This document shows, piece by piece, positions 42,851 to 52,932 of a DNA stretch of 64,000 bases (positions are counted from its first letter, which is position 1; every line of letters starts with the position of its first letter). The stretch is taken from positions 896,001 to 960,000 of the forward strand of contig CAXXFL010000001.1 in NCBI GenBank assembly GCA_963674965.2, in the 5' to 3' direction. The notes below the pieces were generated by a model. The model saw only the letters and a program-made list of their open reading frames with translations, made no database searches and was not told the DNA's origin. The DNA is from a bacterium (GTDB lineage Bacteria; RBG-13-61-14; DATKZS01). Both the position numbers and the translations under genes were made by a program.

Positions 42851-44557
42851 TTATAAGCCCAGCTTCATCTTCAGCTCGCTGATCCGTTCTTGGAGCTCCT
42901 CGGCGGAATAGTCTCGGAACTTCTCCGGCAGAAGGCGCTTCGAGCTTCCCTCGAAGGCGGCGAGCAGCTCCATGAACTCGATGTTGAGCTGGTTGCGGGA
43001 GGGTATGAAGTCGGCCAGTGCCGCCTCCATTTCCTTCTTCTCGATGACGTCCTTGCCTTCCTCCGCGGCCAGCCGGTCGGCCGTCACCAGGAGCCCCTCC
43101 AGGTCCGCGCCGGAAAAGCCCTCGGTCCGCTCGGCCACCTCGTTGATATCGACTCCCCGCACGGCGAAGCCGTCCTTTTTGGCCAGCACCGCCAGTATCT
43201 CGACCCGCTCGCGGGGAAGACGCGGATAGAACATGGGTATCTTGAGGTCCAGCCTGCCGGGCCTTTTAAGGTCCACGTCCAGCTTGTCCGGCCGGTTGGT
43301 CAGGATCATAAACACGATCCGGCCACGGTGCCCGCCGTCGCTCATGAACTCCTTGAGACGGGCGATGACCCTGCTCTCGGTCCCCGAGTCACTGTCGTTC
43401 TTGTCCGAGCCCAGGTTGCGGTCGGCCTCGTCGATGATGACCAGCACGTAGCCCAGGGCCTGGACGATCGCGAGAATCCTCTCGAGGTTGGCCTCGGTCG
43501 AGCCCACCCACTTCTCGCGGAAGCTCTTCATCTTCACGCAGGTAAGGCCGCTTTCCTTGGCGAAGGCCTCGGCCAGAAAGGTCTTGCCCGTGCCCATGGG
43601 ACCCACCAGCAAAATGCCCATGGGAGCGCGACGCTTCTGGCCCTTTCTGATCGAGGCGGCCACGCCCTCCAGGATTTTCTTGATCTCGTCCATGCCGCCC
43701 ACCGAGTCGAAACCGTGTCGCGGATCGATGACCTCGACCAGGCCCATGCACTCGCGCTCGATCACTTCCTTTCTTTTTCTGGCCACCCCGTCCATGGTCA
43801 CGATGTCGATGGACTCGGAGGCGTGCTTGAAAATGGACTCGATCTGGTTGCGCGAGAGTCCGGCCGTCTGGTCGGCCAGTTGCTCGTGGGACATGCCGGT
43901 CAGCAGGTACTTTTGCGCCGCGTGCTTTATAAAGGCCAGCCTTTCCTCTCGGTCGGGCAGTCCCACCTCGATGAGCATGAGCTGGGGCGAGCTGCGGATG
44001 GACTTGTTTACCTCCATCACGTTCTCGGCGACCATGACGACGATATTGTCCGAGGTGACGAGGCCCGGGTCGCGGGACCAGTCCTGGATGGCCACGATAC
44101 AGGCGCGGTCGTCCTGGGACAGGTATCCCATTTCTCCCTCCGGCGCCAGGGTCTCGAGGAACTCGATCACCGCGGCCGACCCGTGGGGCTGGCTGGTCAC
44201 CAGCTCTCCCAGCATGGCCATGACCTTGGAGGGAAGGCTGGGAATAACGCCGCTCCACTCGGCCTCTCCCTTGACGCGGCGGACCATGGTCATGCGGTGC
44301 AGAAAAATATCCCGCATTTCCTTCCTGGCGAAATAAAGACCGTCGCTGATGTTGTAAAAGGCCACTATTTCCTTGGTCCGGATCAGAAGGCGGGTGATGA
44401 AGTCCATCATGGTGATGAACTCGAGCTTGGTCCCCTCCTGCCACCTGACCAGGTCGCCCACGTTCGAATATAAAAGGAACTGGCTGGCCTCGCCCGAAAG
44501 ATAACCCTGCCGCAGCTTCTCCGCCCAGGCGGGAAGTTTCAAATCGGTTTTTTCCAT
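42851..44557 (-). CDS. AAA+ ATPase with degenerate N-terminal and intact C-terminal AAA module
   Basis: Walker [13 protein letters not shown] pore loop, Walker [18 protein letters not shown]...RPGRLD and GFSGADLE. Confidence 0.88.
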   Translation of the reverse strand: MEKTDLKLPAWAEKLRQGYLSGEASQFLLYSNVGDLVRWQEGTKLEFITMMDFITRLLIRTKEIVAFYNISDGLYFARKEMRDIFLHRMTMVRRVKGEAEWSGVIPSLPSKVMAMLGELVTSQPHGSAAVIEFLETLAPEGEMGYLSQDDRACIVAIQDWSRDPGLVTSDNIVVMVAENVMEVNKSIRSSPQLMLIEVGLPDREERLAFIKHAAQKYLLTGMSHEQLADQTAGLSRNQIESIFKHASESIDIVTMDGVARKRKEVIERECMGLVEVIDPRHGFDSVGGMDEIKKILEGVAASIRKGQKRRAPMGILLVGPMGTGKTFLAEAFAKESGLTCVKMKSFREKWVGSTEANLERILAIVQALGYVLVIIDEADRNLGSDKNDSDSGTESRVIARLKEFMSDGGHRGRIVFMILTNRPDKLDVDLKRPGRLDLKIPMFYPRLPRERVEILAVLAKKDGFAVRGVDINEVAERTEGFSGADLEGLLVTADRLAAEEGKDVIEKKEMEAALADFIPSRNQLNIEFMELLAAFEGSSKRLLPEKFRDYSAEELQERISELKMKLGL

Positions 44558-44797
44558 GGAAATTATTCTACATGAAACGGGTGGAGGGTAAAGAAGAAAA
44601 ACAAAAAAAAGAGAAAGCAAAGGGACCGGACGACCTTGTTGCGTGAGAGGGATTTATATTTGGCTCCATCGCCGGCCCGGGTTAAGGCCGCCGCGAATCA
44701 TTTTGGCCGTCCGGTCCCAAGGCTTTCCTATATATCCGCTACATTGCACCTCCTTTCATTGAAATAACTCGGACTATCTTTCCATGTCGGCGGTGAG

Positions 44798-44989
44798 CTA
44801 GCGGCAGCGTGAATCGCACCTCGCGTAACAGTCGTAGCCGCAGGGATTGCAGTGATCGCACTCGATATAGCAGTTGCTGCAGAATGAATCGTCGTCGTCG
44901 TCATCCACGTCGATGAAACAGCCGGCGCCAAGGCCCACCGTCGCCGCTATCATTATGACAAGAGTGATCCTTTTAATTAGACCCCTCAT
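44798..44989 (-). CDS. Small Cys-rich lipoprotein
   Basis: AAGGAGG SD; signal peptide with lipobox GAGC; Asp run followed by eight Cys. Confidence 0.7.
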   Translation of the reverse strand: MRGLIKRITLVIMIAATVGLGAGCFIDVDDDDDDSFCSNCYIECDHCNPCGYDCYARCDSRCR

Positions 44990-45742
44990 GATGCCCTCCT
45001 TCATTTCCCGAAAAGATTGAAGCGCGAGGGAGCAAAAAATGAATCGCTTTCACGTCCGAGCATAGCCATTCGCTTATACGGCCCGAGCTTGGAATAATTC
45101 GCGACCGACGATTGGCCCTTGCATGTAGCCGCGATTATTGAACCGTTACGAAAGCGTCCCATGTTTTTACTCCCTCGCCTTGTTGTCGTTTCCATATCCC
45201 ATTTGCCTTCTTTCAGTCGCGCGCGAGATACGACCCCTTTAAAAGCAAGGTCGGCGCCAATATATCGGGAGCACATGGACGACGCCGACTACGCCGGTCC
45301 CGCGGGGCTGGACGCCAAAAGATTTTCCCCGTTTTCAGCGAGGTTTAGCGGCGCGTGTGATTAGAGTGTTTTCTTTCAGGGACCAATCGTGACAATCGCC
45401 TGGAGTAAAACATCGCAAGATTTTGCGGCTTGCCTGGCAGTGGAATAATTACAACATCCCTTGCGCCCGTGTACTGGAAAAGCCACAGGGGGCCAAGATC
45501 GTCAAAATATAATCATTATAAATATCAGTCGGATAGAGCGCAACTATCCCTTTCGCCGCGCGGAAAAAAGCTGGCCTCGCGGAGACGGTATCCTTATAAG
45601 GCAAGAGGGGCGCCAAAATATCGGGGACCTGTATTTATCTGGCCGGCCATTACTGCTATATTCTTTATACTTGCAGTTCGGATTTTCCGGCGTCGTATCG
45701 AGCCTTGGACCGCGTATAATATTGTCCCAAGAGATGGAGGAA

Positions 45743-46381
45743 ATGATGAGAAAAACCTCGATGGCGTCCCTGATTTTGATTGCCCTTGGTCTGTCCGTAA
45801 TTCCGGCGGTGGCCGGCGCCGCGCCGCGAGTTTGGGCCAGAGTCCTGGATATTGAGGGAGAACTCTGGATCGCCGAAAAGCCCGCCTCGGTGGGCTCGAC
45901 GGGCCGGATAGGAGACGAGGTCCGGACCGGGCCCAACTCGGCGGCCACTATCAAGCTGCGGGACGACTCGGTATTGCTCCTTCGCTCGAACACCAGGCTT
46001 ACACTATCGGAAAAGGAGGAGCCGGGAACTCTTGATCTTTTAATCGGCGCCGTCCTGGCGGTGTTCAGCGAGGGACCGCATACCATCAACACGCCCACCA
46101 CGGTCACGGGCGTACGCGGCACGGGCCTTTACCTGATGGTCGAGTCTCCCACCACGACCTACGCCTGCGTCTGCTTTGGCACGGTGGATTTCCACGCCAA
46201 GGCCGATCCGTCGGTCAAGACCACCTTGATGGCGGACCATCACAAGGCCATCCGAATGAGCGAGAAAGACGGCCAGGCCTTAATCGAGGAGGCTGGCATG
46301 GAGGGACACGGCGACGATGAGGTCGAGCGCCTCAAGGGCCTTCTCGATGAGCCTTTCAAAAAATGGACTTGGCGCAAATAA
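45743..46381 (+). CDS. FecR-domain secreted protein
   Basis: GGAGG SD; signal peptide; GDEVRTGPNS, INTPTTVTGVRGT and CVCFG. Confidence 0.78.
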   Translation: MMRKTSMASLILIALGLSVIPAVAGAAPRVWARVLDIEGELWIAEKPASVGSTGRIGDEVRTGPNSAATIKLRDDSVLLLRSNTRLTLSEKEEPGTLDLLIGAVLAVFSEGPHTINTPTTVTGVRGTGLYLMVESPTTTYACVCFGTVDFHAKADPSVKTTLMADHHKAIRMSEKDGQALIEEAGMEGHGDDEVERLKGLLDEPFKKWTWRK

Positions 46382-46403
46382 TTTTTCGGTCATGGAGTAG
46401 TTA

Positions 46404-47630
46404 ATGGAGTTCTATAAGGAGTTCGATAAAGATAAGTGCACCTTGTGCGGGCTTTGTCTTCACGAGTGTCCGGTCATGCGCCTCCCGCTCGAGGAGGCCA
46501 AGGCCCAAATGGAGCGACTTGTAAGGGGGGAGGACGCGAGGTCCGTCTTGACTCGTTGCGAGAGCTGCTTCACTTGCGACTACGTATGTCCCGAGAACGC
46601 TCATCCCGCGGGCCTTTTCCTGAGGCGCTGGGAGGAAGCGTACAAGAACGGGGGTCTTCCTCGTCGGGCCAAATACTTCCTGCCTCTAAGCGTGCCGAAT
46701 TTTCGCACTTTCGCCATCGACCGCCTTCCCGAAAATGAGCGCTCGATGCTTCGGAGCTGGCTTGACGAGTCCCCGGCCGAGGAGATATTTTATCCGGGCT
46801 GCAACTGGATCACCGCTCCATATTTGGCCAAGTCGAGGCTTCTGGAGGGCTACACCATTCGGGGCTCCCTGGCCTACTGCTGCGGCGAGATGTACTTTCG
46901 CATGGGCCTTCACGACCAGCTACGCAAGCTCAGCGCCCGCCTCAAGGCCTGGCTGGGAAGAATGGGCGTTAAACGGATGGTCATTCCCTGCACGGCGGGC
47001 AATAACCTTTTCACCAACGTGCTTCCCCGGTTCGGTTTCGATTATCCCCTCGAGGTCGAGCACCTTCTTCCCATCCTGCAAAGAAGGATCGAGAGCGGCG
47101 ACATCAAAATCGAGAAGAAACTCGACATGACCGTAACCATCCAGGAGTCCTGTCACGCCAAGGCCCTGGGGCCGGAATTCATGGACCTTCCCCGGACCAT
47201 CCTCGCCAGGCTGGGAGTCGAGATCATCGAGGAGGAAAGAAGCCGCGACAAGATGATTTGCTGCGGCATCGGCGGCGGCTTCAGTCACCCTTCCTCCTAC
47301 AACCCCGCGCGGCTCACCTTTTCCACCTGGCGAGCGCTGGGAGAAGCAAGGCGAACGGGCGCCCAGGCCATCGCCACCTATTGCGCCGGGTGCGCGCAGA
47401 TGCTGACCACCGGCCAGATCACCAACCCCTTTAACCGCATGCCCGTCTATCACGTCTTCGAGCTTGTCCGCATGGCCGCGGGGGAGGAAACCATCTCACG
47501 TTCGGAGAAGCTTAAAAGGGCGGCATATTTCCTGGCCGGAGTCACCGGGCGGCAGGGACCGGCGCTCCTGGACCCCCGGCGCTTTCGGCTCGACGAGGTA
47601 CCCGAGGTCTTGGAAAGCTTGAAGTATTGA
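46404..47630 (+). CDS. Fe-S oxidoreductase of GlpC/HdrD type (ferredoxin plus CCG domains)
   Basis: CTLCGLCLHECP, CESCFTCDYVCP, YPGC, YCCG, ESCH, ICCG and YCAGC. Confidence 0.9.
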   Translation: MEFYKEFDKDKCTLCGLCLHECPVMRLPLEEAKAQMERLVRGEDARSVLTRCESCFTCDYVCPENAHPAGLFLRRWEEAYKNGGLPRRAKYFLPLSVPNFRTFAIDRLPENERSMLRSWLDESPAEEIFYPGCNWITAPYLAKSRLLEGYTIRGSLAYCCGEMYFRMGLHDQLRKLSARLKAWLGRMGVKRMVIPCTAGNNLFTNVLPRFGFDYPLEVEHLLPILQRRIESGDIKIEKKLDMTVTIQESCHAKALGPEFMDLPRTILARLGVEIIEEERSRDKMICCGIGGGFSHPSSYNPARLTFSTWRALGEARRTGAQAIATYCAGCAQMLTTGQITNPFNRMPVYHVFELVRMAAGEETISRSEKLKRAAYFLAGVTGRQGPALLDPRRFRLDEVPEVLESLKY

Positions 47631-47636
47631 CCGCGG

Positions 47637-48455
47637 CTACATGCCGGCCTCGAGAAAACTGAGCACGAACCTGGACGAGGCGTAGGCGAAGACCAGGCCG
47701 AAGGCCAGCTTGAGGGCGGCGGAGGAAAAGCGGCGGTTAAGGGACGCTCCCAGGTTCGATCCGATGAGCGTTCCCAGGCAGATGGGTAGGGCTATCTTAA
47801 GGTCGATGTACCCTTGCCCGAGCTTGAAGCCCGAGCTGATGAAGGCGTTGATCGAGAAGCAGGCGAGTGACGACGCCATGGCCGCCTTGACCGGGGCCTG
47901 GAGCGCGTAGGTAAAGGCCGGCACCAGGACCGCGCCCGTTCCTATGCCCAAAAGGCCCGGGAATATCCCCGCCAGAAAACCGATGGAAGCCTTCCTTGAA
48001 ACGGAGCCGCCGATCGCGGACCCCGGGGCCTCGTCCTCCTCGCGCCTCGCGAATCCCGGAAGCCCCTCGATAATCATGCGCAGCGAGATGAGGGACAAGA
48101 CCAGGCCCACCGCCAGGTCCAACCAGGCCTCGCGCCCGGAGAAGTAATCGAACAGGAGCGAAAAAAGTACCGTGGCCAAGGCGCCGGAAATTATAGTGGG
48201 AGCGATCGAGCGCCAGTTGACTCCTCCCATCTTGTGATGACGCCATGTCCCGCCCAGGGTGGTGAAGAACACGGCCAGGACGCAGGTCCCGGCGGCGCGG
48301 GTGGGAGGAAGGTCGGCCACGAACCTAAGGAGGGGCATGAGCACCACGCCGCCGCCGATTCCCATTAGCCCGCCCATGGACCCGGCCATAAAGCCGCCCG
48401 CCAGGAGCGCGAGCAGGGCAAGTAGGAGACCTATTTCATGTCCCTGGATTGTCAA
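47637..48455 (-). CDS. TauE/SafE (TSUP) family permease
   Basis: Duplicated GLMGIGGG...P and GLLGIGTG...P motifs; start overlaps the upstream stop. Confidence 0.9.
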   Translation of the reverse strand: MTIQGHEIGLLLALLALLAGGFMAGSMGGLMGIGGGVVLMPLLRFVADLPPTRAAGTCVLAVFFTTLGGTWRHHKMGGVNWRSIAPTIISGALATVLFSLLFDYFSGREAWLDLAVGLVLSLISLRMIIEGLPGFARREEDEAPGSAIGGSVSRKASIGFLAGIFPGLLGIGTGAVLVPAFTYALQAPVKAAMASSLACFSINAFISSGFKLGQGYIDLKIALPICLGTLIGSNLGASLNRRFSSAALKLAFGLVFAYASSRFVLSFLEAGM

Positions 48456-48799
48456 CCCTCGGCCACCTTTCGCCTGAACTTCTCGAACTCCTCGTCGTTT
48501 ATCCGCCGGATTCGTTTTTCGAGTTTCCCGTATTCGGCCAGGAACTTCTCGCCGTAGGGAGTCAGCTCGGCCCCTCCCCTTTCGTTTCCGCCCCTTCGGC
48601 GGATGACGATCTTTTGGCCGGAATTTTTCTCGAGCTGGTTTAAAAGCTTCAGGGCCTTGACGTAGGAGAGGTTCATGGCGGCGGCGGCGCGGTTTATGGA
48701 CCTTAGTTCTCGGATGTTCTCGAGGAGCCTCTTGGGGCCGGGACCCATGTATGGTTGTCCGTCGTCGTTGACGATGTTAATTTTGGTCCTTATTTCCAC
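48452..48799 (-). CDS. ModE-type winged-helix regulator without Mop domains (start uncertain)
   Basis: YMGPGPKRLL, SINRAAAAMNLSY and RRGGNERGGAELTPYG. Confidence 0.85.
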   Translation of the reverse strand: MEIRTKINIVNDDGQPYMGPGPKRLLENIRELRSINRAAAAMNLSYVKALKLLNQLEKNSGQKIVIRRRGGNERGGAELTPYGEKFLAEYGKLEKRIRRINDEEFEKFRRKVAEG

Positions 48800-48801
48800 G
48801 C

Positions 48802-48825
48802 CGATATATATACCAGTAAACAACG
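48802..48825. promoter_or_regulatory. ModE-box-like operator
   Basis: CGATATATA-N6-TAAACAACG resembles CGnTATATA-N6-TATATAnCG. Confidence 0.55.
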
Positions 48826-48874
48826 GAAAAAGCCAGTCGCGCTCCACTGTAAAGGAAAAGAGCCGGCTTATGGA

Positions 48875-50134
48875 CTACAGCGTCCGAAGGGCCTCGGTGG
48901 GAGACAATATGGCGGCCTTTCGCGCCGGCCACAACGAGGCCAGGGCCGACATGAAGAGTCCGAAGCAAAAGGCCAGGGGCAGCGACTTCCAGACGAACTC
49001 GACTTGCAGTGTTTCCCCGATGGGCACGGGCATCTGGGAGGAAAGGTCGCCTATGGGTATGCCGGTAAGGGACAAGACATAGCTGATGGCCGCGCCCAGG
49101 ACCACTCCCGCCAGTCCGCCCACTACTCCTATGGACACGGACTCGGCCAGGACCATGGCCATGATCTCTCGGCCCTTCATGCCCATGGACATGAGCATGC
49201 CTATCTCCCGGGTCCTTTCCATGACCGACATCAACATGGTATTGACGATGGTGCTGGCCGAGATGAGGAACAACACGCCGCCGATGACCATGATGGCCGC
49301 GTACATGGTCTGGATCATCTGGTACAGGAACCCCTGGGACTGCCAGGGCAGGACCTCAATCCCGTCGCCCATGCCCGCGGACCCGGCGTCCTTTTTTATC
49401 ACGCCCGCGGCCGCGATGGAATCATTCCTGTCCCTGAGCATGATAATGATCTCGGTGGCCATGTCGTCGGCGTCCATGTCAGCCGCGTACTGGGCATCCT
49501 CGAACTTGACCAGCATGGTCTTGTCGTCCATTAGCGAGTAACCGAACCGGAAGACGCCCACTACCGTGAAGGTCATGGGTATGCCTCGCGGCGCCAGAAT
49601 CTGAATCTTGGCCGAGCCCGGCTCGAAGACGTCGGCCTCGCCCTCGACAATGCCCAGCTTCCTGGCCAGGCCCCATCCTATAATCGCCTCCCTCGGGTCG
49701 GTCCCGAAGTATCTTCCCTTGACAACGCTCTTGTCGGCCTGCAGGATATGCCTTTCCGCCTCCGGCTCGATGCCCATCAAAAGGGGGAACTCGTCGCGCT
49801 CTCCCCTTTGGGCCATGGTGAGGAACTTGATCCTGCGTCCGGCCGCCTCGACGCCCACGCATCTCTTCACTCTTTGGACAAGTTTCGAGCTGTCGTATAA
49901 AGCCAGGTCCAACGGCATGAGCGCTTCCTTGTCCGCGTAGCCCTCGGGGTAAATCTTCACGTGGCCCGTGGTAAAGCGGGCGGCCAGATCGAGCATGTTG
50001 CCCAATATGCCCGTCAAGTAGCACTGCATGAAGATGAGCACCATGACCACCGCCATAACGGTCACCGCCGTCAGCGCCGTTCTTCTCGAGTTCCTCCAGA
50101 TATTGCGGTAGGCGATCTTGAAGATTAAGGGCAT
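48875..50134 (-). CDS. LolE/FtsX-like ABC permease
   Basis: AYRNIWRNSRRT and NTMLMSVMERTREIG. Confidence 0.92.
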   Translation of the reverse strand: MPLIFKIAYRNIWRNSRRTALTAVTVMAVVMVLIFMQCYLTGILGNMLDLAARFTTGHVKIYPEGYADKEALMPLDLALYDSSKLVQRVKRCVGVEAAGRRIKFLTMAQRGERDEFPLLMGIEPEAERHILQADKSVVKGRYFGTDPREAIIGWGLARKLGIVEGEADVFEPGSAKIQILAPRGIPMTFTVVGVFRFGYSLMDDKTMLVKFEDAQYAADMDADDMATEIIIMLRDRNDSIAAAGVIKKDAGSAGMGDGIEVLPWQSQGFLYQMIQTMYAAIMVIGGVLFLISASTIVNTMLMSVMERTREIGMLMSMGMKGREIMAMVLAESVSIGVVGGLAGVVLGAAISYVLSLTGIPIGDLSSQMPVPIGETLQVEFVWKSLPLAFCFGLFMSALASLWPARKAAILSPTEALRTL

Positions 50135-50147
50135 GTCCCGCTCCTTT

Positions 50148-51398
50148 TCACGCGTGGCGAAGGGCCTCAGTCGGCTCCATCCTCGAGGCCCGCCAAGCCG
50201 GCAGCAAGGTGGCGGCCGTCGAAATAAGGACGCCTATTAAAAGAGACCATATAATAAGCTCGAGGCTTAAGTCTCCGTACATTACTCCCCGGATGGGATA
50301 TCCCATGTCCACGTCCTTTCCGCCCGTGAAGATATCTATGGGAATGCCGTACTTTTCCATGGCCCAGACCGCGGGAGTCGCAAGGACTACTCCTATTGTC
50401 GATCCCATGAGTCCCAGCATGGCTCCCTCGAGGAGAAATAGGGTCCGAATGCCCGCGGCCTTCATGCCCAGGGCCATGAGCATGCCGATTTCCCTGACCC
50501 TCTCGAAGGTGGCCATCAACATGGTGTTGACGATCCCCACCATGATGATCAGGAGGAACACGCCTATCATGATGCCGTTGCCTATCTTTTTCATGCGGTG
50601 CAGCTCGAGGAAAGCCTTGCCCATTTCCTCCCACGTCTTTACCTCGAAGCCCATGGGCTTTAAAACGCGCTGGGCCGAGAGGAAGGCCCTTTCCAGGTAG
50701 CGAGGGTCGTCGATCCTTATAGCGACCTGCGAGGCCCGGCCCTTGGCCAAAAGGCTTTCCTGCATGAAGTCGAGAGGAATAAACAGGGCCGCGCCGTCGA
50801 TGGCGGGATTGCCCGTGGATATTATTCCCGTCACCTCGAGGTAGACGGCCTGGATGCTGCCTCCCCCCTCCTTGCCCATGGCCCGGGCCTTCCAGACGAT
50901 CCGGTCTCCTTTTTTAAGGCCGAGGGTTCGGGCCATCCTCTCCCCCACCATGGCGTGAGGGCCTTCCGTCAAATATTCGCCTTGCCCCTCGACCACCGTG
51001 GGCTTCAGTTTGAATACCTTCTCGTCCTGGCCCAGGTCGATCCCGATGGACAGGCAGGTCAGGTCGTTCCCGTCGAAGTTGACCATGGACGGCACGATCA
51101 GCCGCTCGACTCCGGCCGTTACGTGATCCACGTCTTTCAGGGCCCGAATTATTTTCTCCGGGTCCTCGATGGAGTCCTTGACGCTCGCCGCCGGGTTTTC
51201 GTAATAGTCCTGATTGAATACCTGCATGTGTCCGTACTGGAGGTCGATGAGGTTCATCTCCGACTGCCGGCCCATCCCGTTTAACATGCCCCTCATCGTG
51301 ACCAGCGTGAAGATTCCGCAGGCTATGGCGGTGAGCGTTATGATGGACCGCCTCCGGTTGCGGAACACGTTTCTTACGGCCATCTTGAGAAGAATCAT
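50148..51398 (-). CDS. LolC/FtsX-like ABC permease
   Basis: RNVFRNRRRS, NTMLMATFERVREIG and PAWRAS. Confidence 0.92.
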   Translation of the reverse strand: MILLKMAVRNVFRNRRRSIITLTAIACGIFTLVTMRGMLNGMGRQSEMNLIDLQYGHMQVFNQDYYENPAASVKDSIEDPEKIIRALKDVDHVTAGVERLIVPSMVNFDGNDLTCLSIGIDLGQDEKVFKLKPTVVEGQGEYLTEGPHAMVGERMARTLGLKKGDRIVWKARAMGKEGGGSIQAVYLEVTGIISTGNPAIDGAALFIPLDFMQESLLAKGRASQVAIRIDDPRYLERAFLSAQRVLKPMGFEVKTWEEMGKAFLELHRMKKIGNGIMIGVFLLIIMVGIVNTMLMATFERVREIGMLMALGMKAAGIRTLFLLEGAMLGLMGSTIGVVLATPAVWAMEKYGIPIDIFTGGKDVDMGYPIRGVMYGDLSLELIIWSLLIGVLISTAATLLPAWRASRMEPTEALRHA

Positions 51399-51414
51399 GG
51401 CTTCACCCCCCTAA

Positions 51415-52125
51415 TCAGGACTTGCCGTTCGAGCCGGACTTGTCGATATCCTCCGCGATTACGCCGTCTTTCAGCGTTACCAGGCGGCCCGCGTAATCCA
51501 TGACCTGTCGATCATGGGTCGAGAAGATAAAGGTCGCGCCCTCTTCCCGGTTGATCTTTTTCATTATCTCGAGGACCGTCTTGCCCGTCTTCGAGTCCAG
51601 GTTGGCGGTGGGCTCGTCGGCCAGCACCAGCTTGGGTTTTTTGACCAGGGCCCTGGCGATGGCCACCCGCTGCTGCTGCCCGCCCGACAATTCCGAGGGC
51701 CTGCGGTGCATCATGTCGGACAATTCTACCATATCGAGCAGCTTTGCAACCCGCGCTTTCTCGCGTTTGGCAGCGTCTCCTCCCATGAGGCTGAGGGCCA
51801 GTTCCACGTTCTCGTAAGCGGACAGGACCGGAACCAGATTGAAGGTCTGAAAGATGAAGCCGATCTTTGCCTTCCTTACGTCGGCCAGCTCGTTGGAAGA
51901 TTTCCGCGAGAGGTCTTCCCCCTCGAAAAGCACCCGGCCCGAGGTCGCCGAGTCAAGACAACCTATAAGGTTTAATAGCGTGGTCTTGCCCGAGCCGGAA
52001 GGGCCCGCGATCGAGGTGAACTCACCCTCCTCGATGACTAGATCAACACCGCGAAGGGCCTTGACCGTCTGGCTTCCGCTCTCGTACTCTTTCGTAACCC
52101 CCTCGATTTTTACGATCGACGACAT
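51415..52125 (-). CDS. LolD-like ABC ATPase
   Basis: GPSGSGKTT, LSGGQQQR and LADEPTANLD. Confidence 0.95.
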   Translation of the reverse strand: MSSIVKIEGVTKEYESGSQTVKALRGVDLVIEEGEFTSIAGPSGSGKTTLLNLIGCLDSATSGRVLFEGEDLSRKSSNELADVRKAKIGFIFQTFNLVPVLSAYENVELALSLMGGDAAKREKARVAKLLDMVELSDMMHRRPSELSGGQQQRVAIARALVKKPKLVLADEPTANLDSKTGKTVLEIMKKINREEGATFIFSTHDRQVMDYAGRLVTLKDGVIAEDIDKSGSNGKS

Positions 52126-52147
52126 TTTGTCCTCCTTCCTCGAGGCA

Positions 52148-52915
52148 TTATCTCACGTTCTCGACGAACTCGAGGCTGATAATCTTTGGATCGATCTCCT
52201 CGTCAAGCTTTAAGTCTTTAACCACTATTGTCGTCTGGGTTTTGTTTTTCAAGGCGTCCTTCATCGTCATGCGGGTAGGGGTCCATCTGCCGTCTATTTG
52301 TTTGAGGTCCTCATAGCTCATGGTTTTTAGGAGCATGCCCGAAAGGGCCATAAGCTCCTGATAAACGGGCAGATATGTCGCCTGGTCCACCCACAGTTTC
52401 TGGAGAGCGTAGGTCTCGTCCGGGTCGTTGGCCTTGAGTTCCATTACCCAACACTTCTTGCCGTCCTTTACTTCCTCGCCGACGATTTTGGCCTCGAAGC
52501 GCTCGGCCAGCGGCTTGTTGTTAGTCGTGTCATCATAGCTCCAGTCGGAATCGAGGAAACCCTGCCTGAGCATGTGGCCCGATATCTTCATGGGCTTTTC
52601 CGCCTCGCGGGACGCGATCCACAGATCGTCGCCCAGGCGAAGAAAGCGGGTACCCTTGTCCGGGCCGGAGGTCACCTCGATGGCGGCGTTGTCCTTTCCT
52701 TTCACCCATATCTTGAGGTCCGAGGTCTTCGGCTTCCTCTTTCCGCCCCTGTCCATTACCATCTCGATCTCCATGTACTGGGTCTCGGTGACCTCGTTGG
52801 CGTCGATCTTCTCGAGGATTTGCCTGCCCGTTATACCCTCTTCCGTCTGGCCGAAAGCGGCTTGGCAAACCAGTCCGATAGTCAGTGCCGATATGGCTAT
52901 CATGGCTTTTTTCAT
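52148..52915 (-). CDS. LolA-like outer-membrane lipoprotein-sorting protein
   Basis: Signal peptide; DKGTRFL, FLDSDWSYDD, LWVD and DGRWTP. Confidence 0.8.
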   Translation of the reverse strand: MKKAMIAISALTIGLVCQAAFGQTEEGITGRQILEKIDANEVTETQYMEIEMVMDRGGKRKPKTSDLKIWVKGKDNAAIEVTSGPDKGTRFLRLGDDLWIASREAEKPMKISGHMLRQGFLDSDWSYDDTTNNKPLAERFEAKIVGEEVKDGKKCWVMELKANDPDETYALQKLWVDQATYLPVYQELMALSGMLLKTMSYEDLKQIDGRWTPTRMTMKDALKNKTQTTIVVKDLKLDEEIDPKIISLEFVENVR

Positions 52916-52932
52916 GGAGTATCTCCTTTTGG

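Noticed and set aside
39780-44473. Long ORFs 39780-41192 (-), 42890-44473 (+) and 43389-44444 (-)
   Set aside because: Antisense or alternative-frame shadows of well-supported genes in GC-rich DNA, with no recognisable motifs.
45001-45276. ORF upstream of the Cys-rich lipoprotein
   Set aside because: No motif, ambiguous start and atypical composition; cannot be supported.
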